Below, one piece after another: positions 40,226-49,610 of a DNA stretch of 64,000 nt; the first letter of the stretch is position 1, and each line of letters starts with the position of its first letter. Source of the stretch: an uncultured bacterium (GTDB lineage Bacteria; Babelota; Babeliae; Babelales; Babelaceae); the NCBI GenBank assembly GCA_963722385.1, contig CAVRKK010000002.1, positions 1,120,001 through 1,184,000 on the forward strand, given 5' to 3'. Below the pieces are notes generated by a model. That model was not told the DNA's origin and ran no database searches. It was given only the letters and a program-made list of their open reading frames with translations. Position numbers and translations under genes: made by a program.

Positions 40226-41509
40226 ATGTCCTTAGTGTTTGTCATAGACAAGAATAAGCAACCCTGTAACCCCTGCCATCCGGCGGCAGCAAGAACCCTG
40301 CTCAAACAAGGCAAAGCTGCTGTTTTCAGGCACTTTCCTTTCGTTATCATTCTTAAATACGAACGCATACTTGAAGTTCGCTTATTGAGGCTTAAATTAG
40401 ATCTTGGCTCTAAGGTTACAGGACTTGTTGTCCTTGATGAGAGCACTGGCAAAGTAGCCTTTGCGGCAGAGATTGAGCACCGAGGAAACACCATTCGCGA
40501 CCAACTTCTTACCAGAAGAAGTCTTCGTAGAAATAGAAGGAATAGAAAGACGCGATATCGCCAACCTCGATTTGATAATAGAACTCGGCCTTCCGGCTGG
40601 CTTGCCCCTTCATTGCAGAGTAGGATAGATAATACCATAACATGGGTCCATAAGCTTATACGTTATTGTCCTATCGGCGCTATTAGCCAGGAATTGGTAC
40701 GTTTCGATACGCAGCTTATGCAAAATGCCCACATTACGGGTGTCGAATATCAACAAGGAACCCTGGCTGGCTATGAAGTTCGCGAGTATCTGCTCGAAAA
40801 GTTTCACCGATCTTGCGTCTATTGTAAAAAGTCTGGGATCCCTCTTGAAATAGAGCATATAATACCAAAGAGCAGAGGAGGAGGCAACCGTATTTCAAAT
40901 CTCACTCTTGCGTGTACTTCATGCAATCAGGCAAAAGACAATAAGACTGCGCAAGAATTTGGTCATCCTGAAGTACATGAGTTAGGCAAGACGTCACTCA
41001 GAGACGCAGCAGTGATGAACAGCGTTCGCTGGCATCTTTACCATGCATTATGCTCTCTCGGTTTACCCGTAGAAACAGGTACCGGTGGAAGAACTAAATA
41101 TAATAGAAATCTGCAAAACTTACCCAAGGCTCATTGGCTCGATGCCGCTTGTGTTGGTGCATCTACACCATCGCAGCTCATGGTTAATCATGTTAATCCG
41201 CTCCTGATAAAAGCAATAGGTCATGGTAGCCGACAAATGTGTAGAGTAGATAAGTATGGTTTTCCTCGTACCAGCTCAAAGTCTGCCAAAAAATGTTTTG
41301 GATTTCAAACAGGCGATATTGTTTGGGCTCGCGTACCACAAGGTAAAAAGAAGGGGAAATACCTCGGAAAGGTTGCTATCAGAACAAGCGGTTCTTTTAA
41401 TATCGCTACCTCTTCCAAAATAGTTCAGGGAATTAGTTACCGCTTCTGTAAAACAATTTCAGCTGTTAATGGTTATAGTTTTAATCAGGGCATTTTCTCT
41501 GCGCTCTAA
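40226..41509 (+). CDS. iscB: RNA-guided endonuclease IscB
   Basis: PLMP-like PCNPCHPA, RuvC-I LKLDLGSK, Arg-rich bridge helix RRSLRRNRR, RuvC-II QELVRFD, HNH CVYC..EHIIPKSRGG..NL..AC..CN, RuvC-III HWLDAA. Confidence 0.95.
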   Translation: MSLVFVIDKNKQPCNPCHPAAARTLLKQGKAAVFRHFPFVIILKYERILEVRLLRLKLDLGSKVTGLVVLDESTGKVAFAAEIEHRGNTIRDQLLTRRSLRRNRRNRKTRYRQPRFDNRTRPSGWLAPSLQSRIDNTITWVHKLIRYCPIGAISQELVRFDTQLMQNAHITGVEYQQGTLAGYEVREYLLEKFHRSCVYCKKSGIPLEIEHIIPKSRGGGNRISNLTLACTSCNQAKDNKTAQEFGHPEVHELGKTSLRDAAVMNSVRWHLYHALCSLGLPVETGTGGRTKYNRNLQNLPKAHWLDAACVGASTPSQLMVNHVNPLLIKAIGHGSRQMCRVDKYGFPRTSSKSAKKCFGFQTGDIVWARVPQGKKKGKYLGKVAIRTSGSFNIATSSKIVQGISYRFCKTISAVNGYSFNQGIFSAL

Positions 41510-41548
41510 AGAGCCCAGTTTCCATGCCTTTTCGGAGGAACAGTTAGA

Positions 41549-44500
41549 ATGATTAAGTATATGAAACTGATAGCATTAATAGGCTGTTTTTTGATTATGC
41601 CTGCTTATGGAATGGAACGACCGAGAAGAAATAAGCTTTTTGAGTATTTAGAAAAGGGTGATGTAAAAAGTTTAAACACTTTTCTGAGCTATAAAAAATT
41701 GACAGATAGGCTTAATTTAAGCGTATCTGATAGTGCTGGCTGGCAACCAATCCACCATGCTATAAAGAGTGGCGATAGGGAAAAAATAAAGCTTCTTATC
41801 GAATATGGTGCAGATGTAAATGCGCAAATAAAAGATAGCCAGGGGGAGCGACCGTTGCACATAGCAGCTCGAGCTGGGAATGAAGAGATTATTCTCGATC
41901 TCGTAGCAGCAGGAGCTCAACCAGATTTGGCTGACAATAATGGAATATTGCCTATTTACTATGCTGGAAATATATTGCCTTTATTTGTTGATTCTCCAGG
42001 TAATTCAGTAAATATGCATTGTGCTATGGGGCATGAGTCATCAGAGGTAAATAGATTTATAAACTTGAGTAAGCACGTGAGCACTTTATCGATAAGTGAT
42101 CAGTTTCTATTGTTGAGTCCGGCAAAGAAGAATGAAAGACCAGAAAACGCTGATAAGCAGATAAAAAGAGAAACAGCAGCAGGCAAGCTTTCTAGTGAAG
42201 AATGCAATCAAAGGCTTCTTAATGCCCTTTTACGTGGTGACCTTGAAGAAGCGCAATTATTTTATGCGGAAGGAGCCAACGTAAATTTCCGAGATGCTGT
42301 TGGTAATCAGCCTGTACATCATATAGTAAATCAAGGTTTAATGCCGACTCTTGAATGGCTTCTTATGCATGGCGCAGACATAAATGCAAGAGACAGAGAT
42401 GGTAACAGACCGGTACGTATAGCGGCTCTTAGAGGGCATGTTCAAGTTGTACCATGGCTCATTAAGCAGGGAGCCAATCGTAATGATCAAGAAGATCAAA
42501 AGCAAAAGGTTGAGAAAGAAACAAGTCAGCATTTCTTTTCTGAGAATAATGTTTGTTCGTCATTGATCTCGGAAAATGAGGTAGAGAAGCAAAAAGAAAA
42601 GGAAAGAGAGGAATCTTCTAATCAGCCTACTCAGGAAGAACTTAATAATAGGTTATTGAGCGCGGCTCAAGCTGGCCGTTTATCTGAGGCAAAGAGTTTA
42701 GTTAATCAAGGTGCTCATGTTAATGCCCAAGATAATCGAGGCTGGCAGCCTCTACGCCTCGCTGCTCAATTTGGGCATTTAGAAGTAGTTAAATATCTTG
42801 TTGAACATGAAGCTTCCATCAATGCTCAAGATAATGATGGCAGACAACCTCTTCATTGGTCTGTTTTTAATGGGCATTTAGAAGTAGTAAAATGGCTTGT
42901 TGAGCATAACGCTGGTATCAATGCCCAAGATAATTCTGGCAAGCTTCCTCTCCATTACGCTGCCGGAAGAGGGCATTTAGAAGTAGTAAAATGGCTTGTT
43001 GAGCATGGTGCTGGTATCAATGCCCAAGATAATTCTGGCAGGCTTCCTCTCCATTCAGCTGCTCTCAATGGGCATTTAGAAGTGGTCAAATGTCTCGTGG
43101 AGCATGGTGCTCATGTTAATGCTGTAAATAGATTTAATCAAAGACCTATTGATGTAGCTGCTCAGAATAATAAGCAGAATATCGTTGATTGGCTTTCTAA
43201 AGTAGCTGAGAAAAAGGAGGCTAAAGAAAAAGAGCCTGAGAATGAAAGGGGGAATCATTCTCATCAGACTAGCCAGGAAGAACTTAACACGAGGTTATTG
43301 AGTGCTGCTCAAGCTGGCCGTTTGCCTGAGGTAGAACGTTTAATTAATCAAGGTGCTCATATTAATGCCCAAAGCCGTTTGGGCAGGCAGCCTCTCCATT
43401 CTGCTGTTTTTGGTGGGCATTTAGAAGTAGTCAAATGGCTTGTTGAACATGGCGCTTCCATCAATGCCCAAGATAAGCATGGATGGCGGCCTTTACATCT
43501 TGCTGCTCAAGAAGGGCATTTAGAAGTAGTAAAATGGCTAGTTGAACATGGTGCTACTATCAATACCCAAGGTAAGGACGGTAGGCAGCCTCTCCATTTT
43601 GCTGTTCTCCGCGGGCATTTAGAAGTAATCAAGTGGCTAGTTGATCATGGTGTTCCCATCGATGCGCAAGATAATGGTGGCTGGCAACCTCTTCATGTAG
43701 CTGCTAACCGCGGGCATTTAAAAGTAGTCAAATGGCTAGTTGATCAAAGCGCTGCCATCAATGCCCAAGATAAGCATGGATGGCAGCCTCTTCATGATGC
43801 TGCTTGTGGAGGGCATTTAGAAGTAGTAAAATGGCTAGTTAAACATGGTGCTACTATCAATACCCAAGGTAAGGACGGTAGGCAGCCTCTCAATTTTGCT
43901 GTTCTCCGCGGGCATTTAGAAGTAATCAAGTGGCTAGTTGATCATGGTGTTCCCATCGATGCGCAAGATAATGGTGGCTGGCAACCTCTCCATTCTGCTG
44001 CTTTTATAGGGCATTTAGAAGTAGTCAAATGGCTTGTTGAACGTGGCGCTTCCATCAATGCCCAAGATAAGCATGGATGGCAGCCTTTACATCTTGCTGC
44101 TCAAGAAGGGCATTTAGAAGTAGTTCAATGGCTTGTTGAACACGGTGCTTCCATCAATGCCCAAAATAATGGTGGCTGGCAACCTCTTCATGATGCTGCT
44201 TGTGGAGGGCATTTAGAAGTAGTCAAATGGTTGGTGGAGCATGGTGCTGATATTAATGCTGTAGATAGATTTGGTCTAAGACCTATTGATTTAGCTGCTG
44301 AGAGTAATAAGCAGAACATTGTTGATTGGCTTTCTAACGCTGCGAACAAAGGAGAGAGTAAAGAAAAATTGCCTGAGAAAGAAAAGGAGAGAGAAAGCTC
44401 TCCTACTCAGGAAGAGCTTAACAATAGGTTATTAAGTGCTGCTTACGCTGGCCGTTTATATGAAGTAGAGAGTTTAATTAATCAAGGAGCTAATACTAAT

Positions 44501-45655
44501 GCTCAAGATAATAATGGTATGCAGCCTCTCCATCGTGCTGTTTTTGGTGGACATTTAGAAGTAGTTAAATGGCTTGTTGAGCATGGTGCTTCCATCAATG
44601 TCCAAGGTATTTATGGCAGGCAGCTTCTCCATAGGGCTGCTTGGGGAGGGACTTTAGAAGTAGTCAAATGGTTAGTGGAGCATGGTGCTCCTATCAATAT
44701 CCAAGATAATAATGGTATGCAGCCTCTACATTGGGCTGCTTATGATGGGCATTTAGAAGTAGTTCAATGGCTTGTTGACCATGGTGCTTCCATCAATGCC
44801 CAAAATAAGACTGGCTGGCAACCTCTCCATTGGGCTGCTTATGATGGGCATTTAGAAGTAGTTAAATGGCTTGTTGAGCATGGTGCCGATATTAATGCTG
44901 TAGATAGATTTGGTCTAAGACCTATTGATGTAGCTGCTCAAAAGAATAAGCAGAATATTGTTGATTGGCTCTCTAAGGCTGCCGAGAAAGGAAAGAGCAA
45001 AGAAAAAGAGCCTGGGAAGCAAAAAGAGAAAGAAAAGAAAAATCATCCAAATCAGCCTACTCAAGAAGAGCTTAACAAGAGGTTACTCAATGCTGCTGCA
45101 GCTGGTCATTTATCTGAGATAGAGAGTTTAATTAATCAAGGGGCTCATGTTAATGCTCAAGGTAATGATGGCATGCAGCCTCTCCATTTGGCTGCTTTGG
45201 GAGGGCATTTAGAAGTAGTTAAATGGCTTGTTGAGCATGGTGCTTCCATCAATGTCCAAGGTATTTATGGCAGGCAGCTTCTCCATAGGGCTGCTTGGGG
45301 AGGGACTTTAGAAGTAGTCAAATGGTTAGTGGAGCATGGTGCTCCTATCAATATCCAAGATAATAATGGTATGCAGCCTCTACATTGGGCTGCTTATGAT
45401 GGGCATTTAGAAGTAGTTCAATGGCTTGTTGACCATGGTGCTTCCATCAATGCCCAAAATAAGACTGGCTGGCAACCTCTCCATTGGGCTGCTTATGATG
45501 GGCATTTAGAAGTAGTTAAATGGCTTGTTGAGCATGGTGCCGATATTAATGCTGTAGATAGATTTGGTCTAAGACCTATTGATGTAGTTGCTCAAAAGAA
45601 TAAGCAGAATATTGTTGATTGGCTCTCTAACATGATGGTTGAAAAGACCTCGTAA
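41549..45655 (+). CDS. Large secreted multi-cassette ankyrin-repeat protein
   Basis: Signal peptide; over 25 ankyrin repeats, 21 of them organised in four capped cassettes separated by KEKE linkers. Confidence 0.95.
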   Translation: MIKYMKLIALIGCFLIMPAYGMERPRRNKLFEYLEKGDVKSLNTFLSYKKLTDRLNLSVSDSAGWQPIHHAIKSGDREKIKLLIEYGADVNAQIKDSQGERPLHIAARAGNEEIILDLVAAGAQPDLADNNGILPIYYAGNILPLFVDSPGNSVNMHCAMGHESSEVNRFINLSKHVSTLSISDQFLLLSPAKKNERPENADKQIKRETAAGKLSSEECNQRLLNALLRGDLEEAQLFYAEGANVNFRDAVGNQPVHHIVNQGLMPTLEWLLMHGADINARDRDGNRPVRIAALRGHVQVVPWLIKQGANRNDQEDQKQKVEKETSQHFFSENNVCSSLISENEVEKQKEKEREESSNQPTQEELNNRLLSAAQAGRLSEAKSLVNQGAHVNAQDNRGWQPLRLAAQFGHLEVVKYLVEHEASINAQDNDGRQPLHWSVFNGHLEVVKWLVEHNAGINAQDNSGKLPLHYAAGRGHLEVVKWLVEHGAGINAQDNSGRLPLHSAALNGHLEVVKCLVEHGAHVNAVNRFNQRPIDVAAQNNKQNIVDWLSKVAEKKEAKEKEPENERGNHSHQTSQEELNTRLLSAAQAGRLPEVERLINQGAHINAQSRLGRQPLHSAVFGGHLEVVKWLVEHGASINAQDKHGWRPLHLAAQEGHLEVVKWLVEHGATINTQGKDGRQPLHFAVLRGHLEVIKWLVDHGVPIDAQDNGGWQPLHVAANRGHLKVVKWLVDQSAAINAQDKHGWQPLHDAACGGHLEVVKWLVKHGATINTQGKDGRQPLNFAVLRGHLEVIKWLVDHGVPIDAQDNGGWQPLHSAAFIGHLEVVKWLVERGASINAQDKHGWQPLHLAAQEGHLEVVQWLVEHGASINAQNNGGWQPLHDAACGGHLEVVKWLVEHGADINAVDRFGLRPIDLAAESNKQNIVDWLSNAANKGESKEKLPEKEKERESSPTQEELNNRLLSAAYAGRLYEVESLINQGANTNAQDNNGMQPLHRAVFGGHLEVVKWLVEHGASINVQGIYGRQLLHRAAWGGTLEVVKWLVEHGAPINIQDNNGMQPLHWAAYDGHLEVVQWLVDHGASINAQNKTGWQPLHWAAYDGHLEVVKWLVEHGADINAVDRFGLRPIDVAAQKNKQNIVDWLSKAAEKGKSKEKEPGKQKEKEKKNHPNQPTQEELNKRLLNAAAAGHLSEIESLINQGAHVNAQGNDGMQPLHLAALGGHLEVVKWLVEHGASINVQGIYGRQLLHRAAWGGTLEVVKWLVEHGAPINIQDNNGMQPLHWAAYDGHLEVVQWLVDHGASINAQNKTGWQPLHWAAYDGHLEVVKWLVEHGADINAVDRFGLRPIDVVAQKNKQNIVDWLSNMMVEKTS
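44552..45630 (+). repeat. 425-bp internal duplication (44552-44976 vs 45206-45630)
   Basis: Direct comparison; only one difference seen (GCT/GTT, AAQK vs VAQK). Confidence 0.85.
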
Positions 45656-45743
45656 ATTGGGGCATCCCCTAATGTAGCTTGTGCTTAACGAACGATTGTT
45701 TTAGCTCAAGAAAAGATTCCCCGAAATAAGTGTGAAATACCAT

Positions 45744-47546
45744 TTATTCCTGGGGGAATATGCCAATAATTTTATTGTAATCGAGCCAGAGCGGAAAGGC
45801 AGTGTTACTTGAATAAACATTTTTGCCCAGTGGCTGGTTATTGTCGCACCCAATATAAACTGCAGTGGTAAAAGAAGGTGTCGAGCCCGCAAACCAGCAG
45901 GTCCTCGCTTGATTGGTGGTTCCCGTTTTTCCAAAGAAGGGAACATCGGGCCAGCGCTGCGCATGCTTTTGCTTAAACCGGTCAAGGCTTGGAGAAAGGA
46001 TTTGAGTAATCTTGCTTGCCGTTTGCTCGCTTAAAATGGTCTTATGTACATCCTTATGCTTTGCTATTTTTTTACCCCAGGCATCTTTTACCCATTCAAT
46101 GAGGTAAGGCTGGTGATATATTCCTTTATGGGCAAACATGGTATACATCGCTACCGTGTTAAGTGGTGTGGTATCTATACACCCGAGTGCGAGGGAAGGA
46201 TAAGGCTCGATTGCCATCGCTAAATTGAGCTTTTTAGCATAATCAATAATTTTATCGATTCCTGCATGGAGAAGTACTTTAATGGCAATGGTGTTCTTTG
46301 ACGTAGCAAGCGCATGAGCTAACGTCATGGGCCCTTCAAATTTTTTATTGAAATTGTGAGGGTTCCAAACTTGATGGTGATCAGTAATCGTGACTGGCTC
46401 ATCAAGAGCGATGGTATCTAAATCAAGGCCACATTCTTGCAAAGCGATAGCATATATCAATGGCTTAAATACCGAGCCCATTTGTCGTTGTGCCTGGACA
46501 GCACGATTAAATTGTGACACCGTAAAATCGTAACCACCGACGAGCGCCTTAATAGCGCCATCTTTAACCGCAAGCGTGACAAGCGCGCCATCAGTGTCTG
46601 CCGGCAGCTTAGTGCGGAGCCCGCGTAGGTGCTTTTTAAAAGTATGTTCTGCTGCTTGTTGCATCGAAATATTTAAGGTCGTCTGGATAGTCAGGCCTCC
46701 TGTGTAGAGCTCCTTTCTACCCACCATGCTCTCCACAAGGGAGCGTATATATTCTCGGGCATGGCTTGCAAGCGGCTGTTCATCGACATGGAGCTTAACC
46801 GTGACTTGCTTTTGCAAAAGTTGCTGGTAATCATCGTCGGCGAGTAGTCCTGATGAGCGCATGAGCTTTAAGATGTGGTTGCGGCGAGTTTGCGTTTTGT
46901 GAGGGTTGATAAGTGGGCAATAGCGAGCGGGTGAGGCAATGATGGCTGCCAGTGTTGCTGACTCGTCAATGGTGAGGGTGCCAACGTCTTTGTTCCAAAA
47001 ACGTTGGCTGGCTGATTGAACACCGTAAATGCCACAACCAAAGTAGAGGTGGTTTAAGTAGGTTTCAAGAATGAGTTCTTTGGTAAATTGCCGCTCGACG
47101 GCTAATGACAAGAGCTGCTCTTTTATTTTGCGGTGGAATGTTTTGCGCTGATCGAAAAAGAGTAATCGTACGAGTTGCTGGGTAATAGTGCTAGCGCCCT
47201 GGACGCGGCCTTGACGCGCTAGATTTACCATAATGGAGCGTGCTATACCCTGCAAAGAGAGGCCACCGTGTGAGAAGAAATGACGGTCTTCGGCAAGGAG
47301 AAAAGCGTCGATAAGGTGCTTGGGCATGTCGCTTAATGAAACAGGCACGCGGCGGTCTATTTGAAACCGGCCCCATTCATTCCCCTGATCATCAAGAATG
47401 ATCGATGGCTTGCCTGGGTCATAGTGCTCCAAGACCGATAGGTCAACCCAGGGAACATGGGTGAGGTAAAAGAGCATACCAGAAGTGTACGTGCCTATCA
47501 GTGCTAAAAATATAAGCGCGTTTGTTACAAGTTTCATAATAACCAT
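45744..47546 (-). CDS. Class A penicillin-binding protein (PBP1A family)
   Basis: Transglycosylase AEDRHFF.H, GASTITQQL, RKIKE; transpeptidase SVFK, SKN, KTG. Confidence 0.93.
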   Translation of the reverse strand: MVIMKLVTNALIFLALIGTYTSGMLFYLTHVPWVDLSVLEHYDPGKPSIILDDQGNEWGRFQIDRRVPVSLSDMPKHLIDAFLLAEDRHFFSHGGLSLQGIARSIMVNLARQGRVQGASTITQQLVRLLFFDQRKTFHRKIKEQLLSLAVERQFTKELILETYLNHLYFGCGIYGVQSASQRFWNKDVGTLTIDESATLAAIIASPARYCPLINPHKTQTRRNHILKLMRSSGLLADDDYQQLLQKQVTVKLHVDEQPLASHAREYIRSLVESMVGRKELYTGGLTIQTTLNISMQQAAEHTFKKHLRGLRTKLPADTDGALVTLAVKDGAIKALVGGYDFTVSQFNRAVQAQRQMGSVFKPLIYAIALQECGLDLDTIALDEPVTITDHHQVWNPHNFNKKFEGPMTLAHALATSKNTIAIKVLLHAGIDKIIDYAKKLNLAMAIEPYPSLALGCIDTTPLNTVAMYTMFAHKGIYHQPYLIEWVKDAWGKKIAKHKDVHKTILSEQTASKITQILSPSLDRFKQKHAQRWPDVPFFGKTGTTNQARTCWFAGSTPSFTTAVYIGCDNNQPLGKNVYSSNTAFPLWLDYNKIIGIFPQE

Positions 47547-47751
47547 GCTAATATTATAATATCTTAAGTTAATTATAGCCACGCACTGCAATCGAAAAGC
47601 CATTAATCGCTTACTCTTTTGGCTGGTTTCTAAAATTTGGTTTTCAAAGCTTTCATGAAGGCCAAACCCATTTGGCTACATTAGCAATAAAAAAGATTTT
47701 ATGATACACTAATAACCATCTGTATTGGCAAATATCAAGAGGCAAAGAATT

Positions 47752-49092
47752 ATGTTTGATTTTCTATCAAGCAAATTTTCTTCTATTTTTTCTGCATTGC
47801 GTGGTTCAGGTCGGCTGACCGAAGAAGCTGTTCAGGGGGCGCTTGGGCAGGTGCATGACGCGCTGCTTCAGGCTGATGTGCCCTATGACGTAGTCCAGAG
47901 CTTTGTGGCAGAAGTAAAGTCGGGGGTAACCGGAAAAAAGCTGATCGGGTCGCTCAAGGCTGACGAGCAGCTCATGAAGATTGTCCATGATAAGCTTTTG
48001 CAATTTCTCGGTGGAAGCGCATCAAGCGAGACCGTTGTTGCTTTTGATATACCATCGGTGATACTTGTTATGGGTCTTCAGGGGTCGGGTAAGACGACGA
48101 CGGTTGCCAAATTGGGCCATTATATCAAAGATGCGGCAGCAAAGCGGCATAAGAACCGGAAGATACTCTGTGCTTCGGTTGATTTTTATCGTCCGGCGGC
48201 GATCGACCAGTTGCAGGTAATGGCTGAGCGGGCAGGTATCGATTTTTATCGAGCTACTGCTGAAACACCTGTCAAGGCTGCTCAAGAAATTATAATTTTT
48301 AGCGCTAAAAATCAGTACGAAATTCTTTTGCTTGATACAGCTGGCAGACTTCACGTAGATCAGGAGATGCTGAGTGAGCTCAAGCAGATTGAAAGTTTGG
48401 TAAAGCCAAAATATAAATTTTTAGTTTTGGACGCGATGACCGGCCAGGAGTCGCTGGCGGTAGCGCGTGCATTTGATGCCTCGGTCGGGTTTTCGAGCGC
48501 AATTTTGACCAAGATGGACAGCGAGGCACGTGCCGGTGCGGCTTTTGCGTTTCGCTATGCTCTCAAGAAACCCATTACGTTTGTTGGGGTCGGGGAAAAG
48601 ATAGGAGACCTTGAGCTCTTTAAGCCCGAGCGCATGGCAAGCAGAATACTTGATATGGGTGATATTCTAACACTTGTCGAAAAGGCGAATGCAAAAATAG
48701 GTGAGGATGAGCAGAAAAAGTTATCAAATGCTTTTGAGCACGGTAAGCTTACCCTCGAGGATTTTGCTTATCAGCTTGATATGATGTCCAAGCTTGGCTC
48801 GCTCTCGTCGCTCATGAAATACTTGCCTGGAGTTGGCTCGCTTTCGTTATCATCGGACACCCTTGCCCAAGGTGAACGTGACATGAAGAAATATAGAGCT
48901 ATTATTGGATCGATGACGCCTAAAGAGCGCCGCAATCCCCAATTGCTGAGCATATCAAGGAAGGGACGTATCGCGCAAGGAGCGGGCGTTAAAGTTGCTG
49001 ATATAGATGGTTTATTAACGAAGTTTGAACAAAGTCAGCAATTTGTTAAGCTTTTTAAGAAGATGGGTCGTACTAACTTTTTTTCTCGATGA
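47752..49092 (+). CDS. ffh: Signal recognition particle protein
   Basis: GLQGSGKTTT, D.YRPAA, DTAGR, DAMTGQ, TKMD, RILDMGD, SMTPKER. Confidence 0.97.
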   Translation: MFDFLSSKFSSIFSALRGSGRLTEEAVQGALGQVHDALLQADVPYDVVQSFVAEVKSGVTGKKLIGSLKADEQLMKIVHDKLLQFLGGSASSETVVAFDIPSVILVMGLQGSGKTTTVAKLGHYIKDAAAKRHKNRKILCASVDFYRPAAIDQLQVMAERAGIDFYRATAETPVKAAQEIIIFSAKNQYEILLLDTAGRLHVDQEMLSELKQIESLVKPKYKFLVLDAMTGQESLAVARAFDASVGFSSAILTKMDSEARAGAAFAFRYALKKPITFVGVGEKIGDLELFKPERMASRILDMGDILTLVEKANAKIGEDEQKKLSNAFEHGKLTLEDFAYQLDMMSKLGSLSSLMKYLPGVGSLSLSSDTLAQGERDMKKYRAIIGSMTPKERRNPQLLSISRKGRIAQGAGVKVADIDGLLTKFEQSQQFVKLFKKMGRTNFFSR

Positions 49093-49113
49093 TGCATATA
49101 AAAGGAATATTGA

Positions 49114-49368
49114 ATGGCGGTAAAAATTAGATTATCTCGTATTGGAACTAAGAACGCTCCTGTGTTCCGTATCGTAGCTATTGACGAGCGTGCTAAGAGA
49201 GATGGCGAGGCGCTTGAGATTTTGGGCACGTATAACCCTTTATCAGGCTCTTTGGTCAACCTTCATGCAGATCGTATGCAAACGTGGGTAGCGCAAGGTG
49301 CTATTGTGACTGATGCGGTCAAAAGAATTCATAAGCTCTATCGTAAGCAACAGGCTCATCAAGGGTAG
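49114..49368 (+). CDS. rpsP: 30S ribosomal protein S16
   Basis: MAVKIRLSRIG.K..P.FRIV..D.R..RDG..E.LGTYNP. Confidence 0.97.
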   Translation: MAVKIRLSRIGTKNAPVFRIVAIDERAKRDGEALEILGTYNPLSGSLVNLHADRMQTWVAQGAIVTDAVKRIHKLYRKQQAHQG

Positions 49369-49610
49369 TGCTCGTTATGCTGATGCAACTTATTAGTTCA
49401 ATTGTTAAAAAATTGGTAGATAAACCAGATGCTGTCACGGTACAGGAAGTCGAATCTGACGGTAAAGCGGTGGTGCACATACAGGTTGCTCCCTCAGATA
49501 TGAGTCGTGTTATTGGCAGTGAAGGAAAAACATTTAGAGCTTTGCGAACGCTCGTGCAGATTATGTCCCGCGGGCAACCGAAAGATCTTGTTGTTGATAG
49601 CGGCGAATGA
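49368..49610 (+). CDS. khpA: KH-domain RNA-binding protein (UPF0109/KhpA)
   Basis: LVDKPDAV.V, DM.RVIG..G.T..ALRTL; conserved position after rpsP. Confidence 0.88.
   Translation: MLVMLMQLISSIVKKLVDKPDAVTVQEVESDGKAVVHIQVAPSDMSRVIGSEGKTFRALRTLVQIMSRGQPKDLVVDSGE

Larger units (their letters stand above)
39967..41548 (+). mobile_element. Non-autonomous IS200/IS605-family IscB element
   Basis: Left end GTCAAC plus hairpin GCGGCC-TAAA-GGCCGC; right hairpin GCTC-TAAA-GAGC followed by TTTCC; no tnpA inside. Confidence 0.85.

Noticed and set aside
40226..41509. Cas9 call for the RuvC plus HNH protein
   Set aside because: Only 427 aa, PLMP-like N-terminus, no REC lobe, no CRISPR array; it fits IscB.
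42700..45630. Regular 99-bp periodic repeats resembling a CRISPR array
   Set aside because: In-frame ankyrin coding repeats; no unique spacers and no cas genes.
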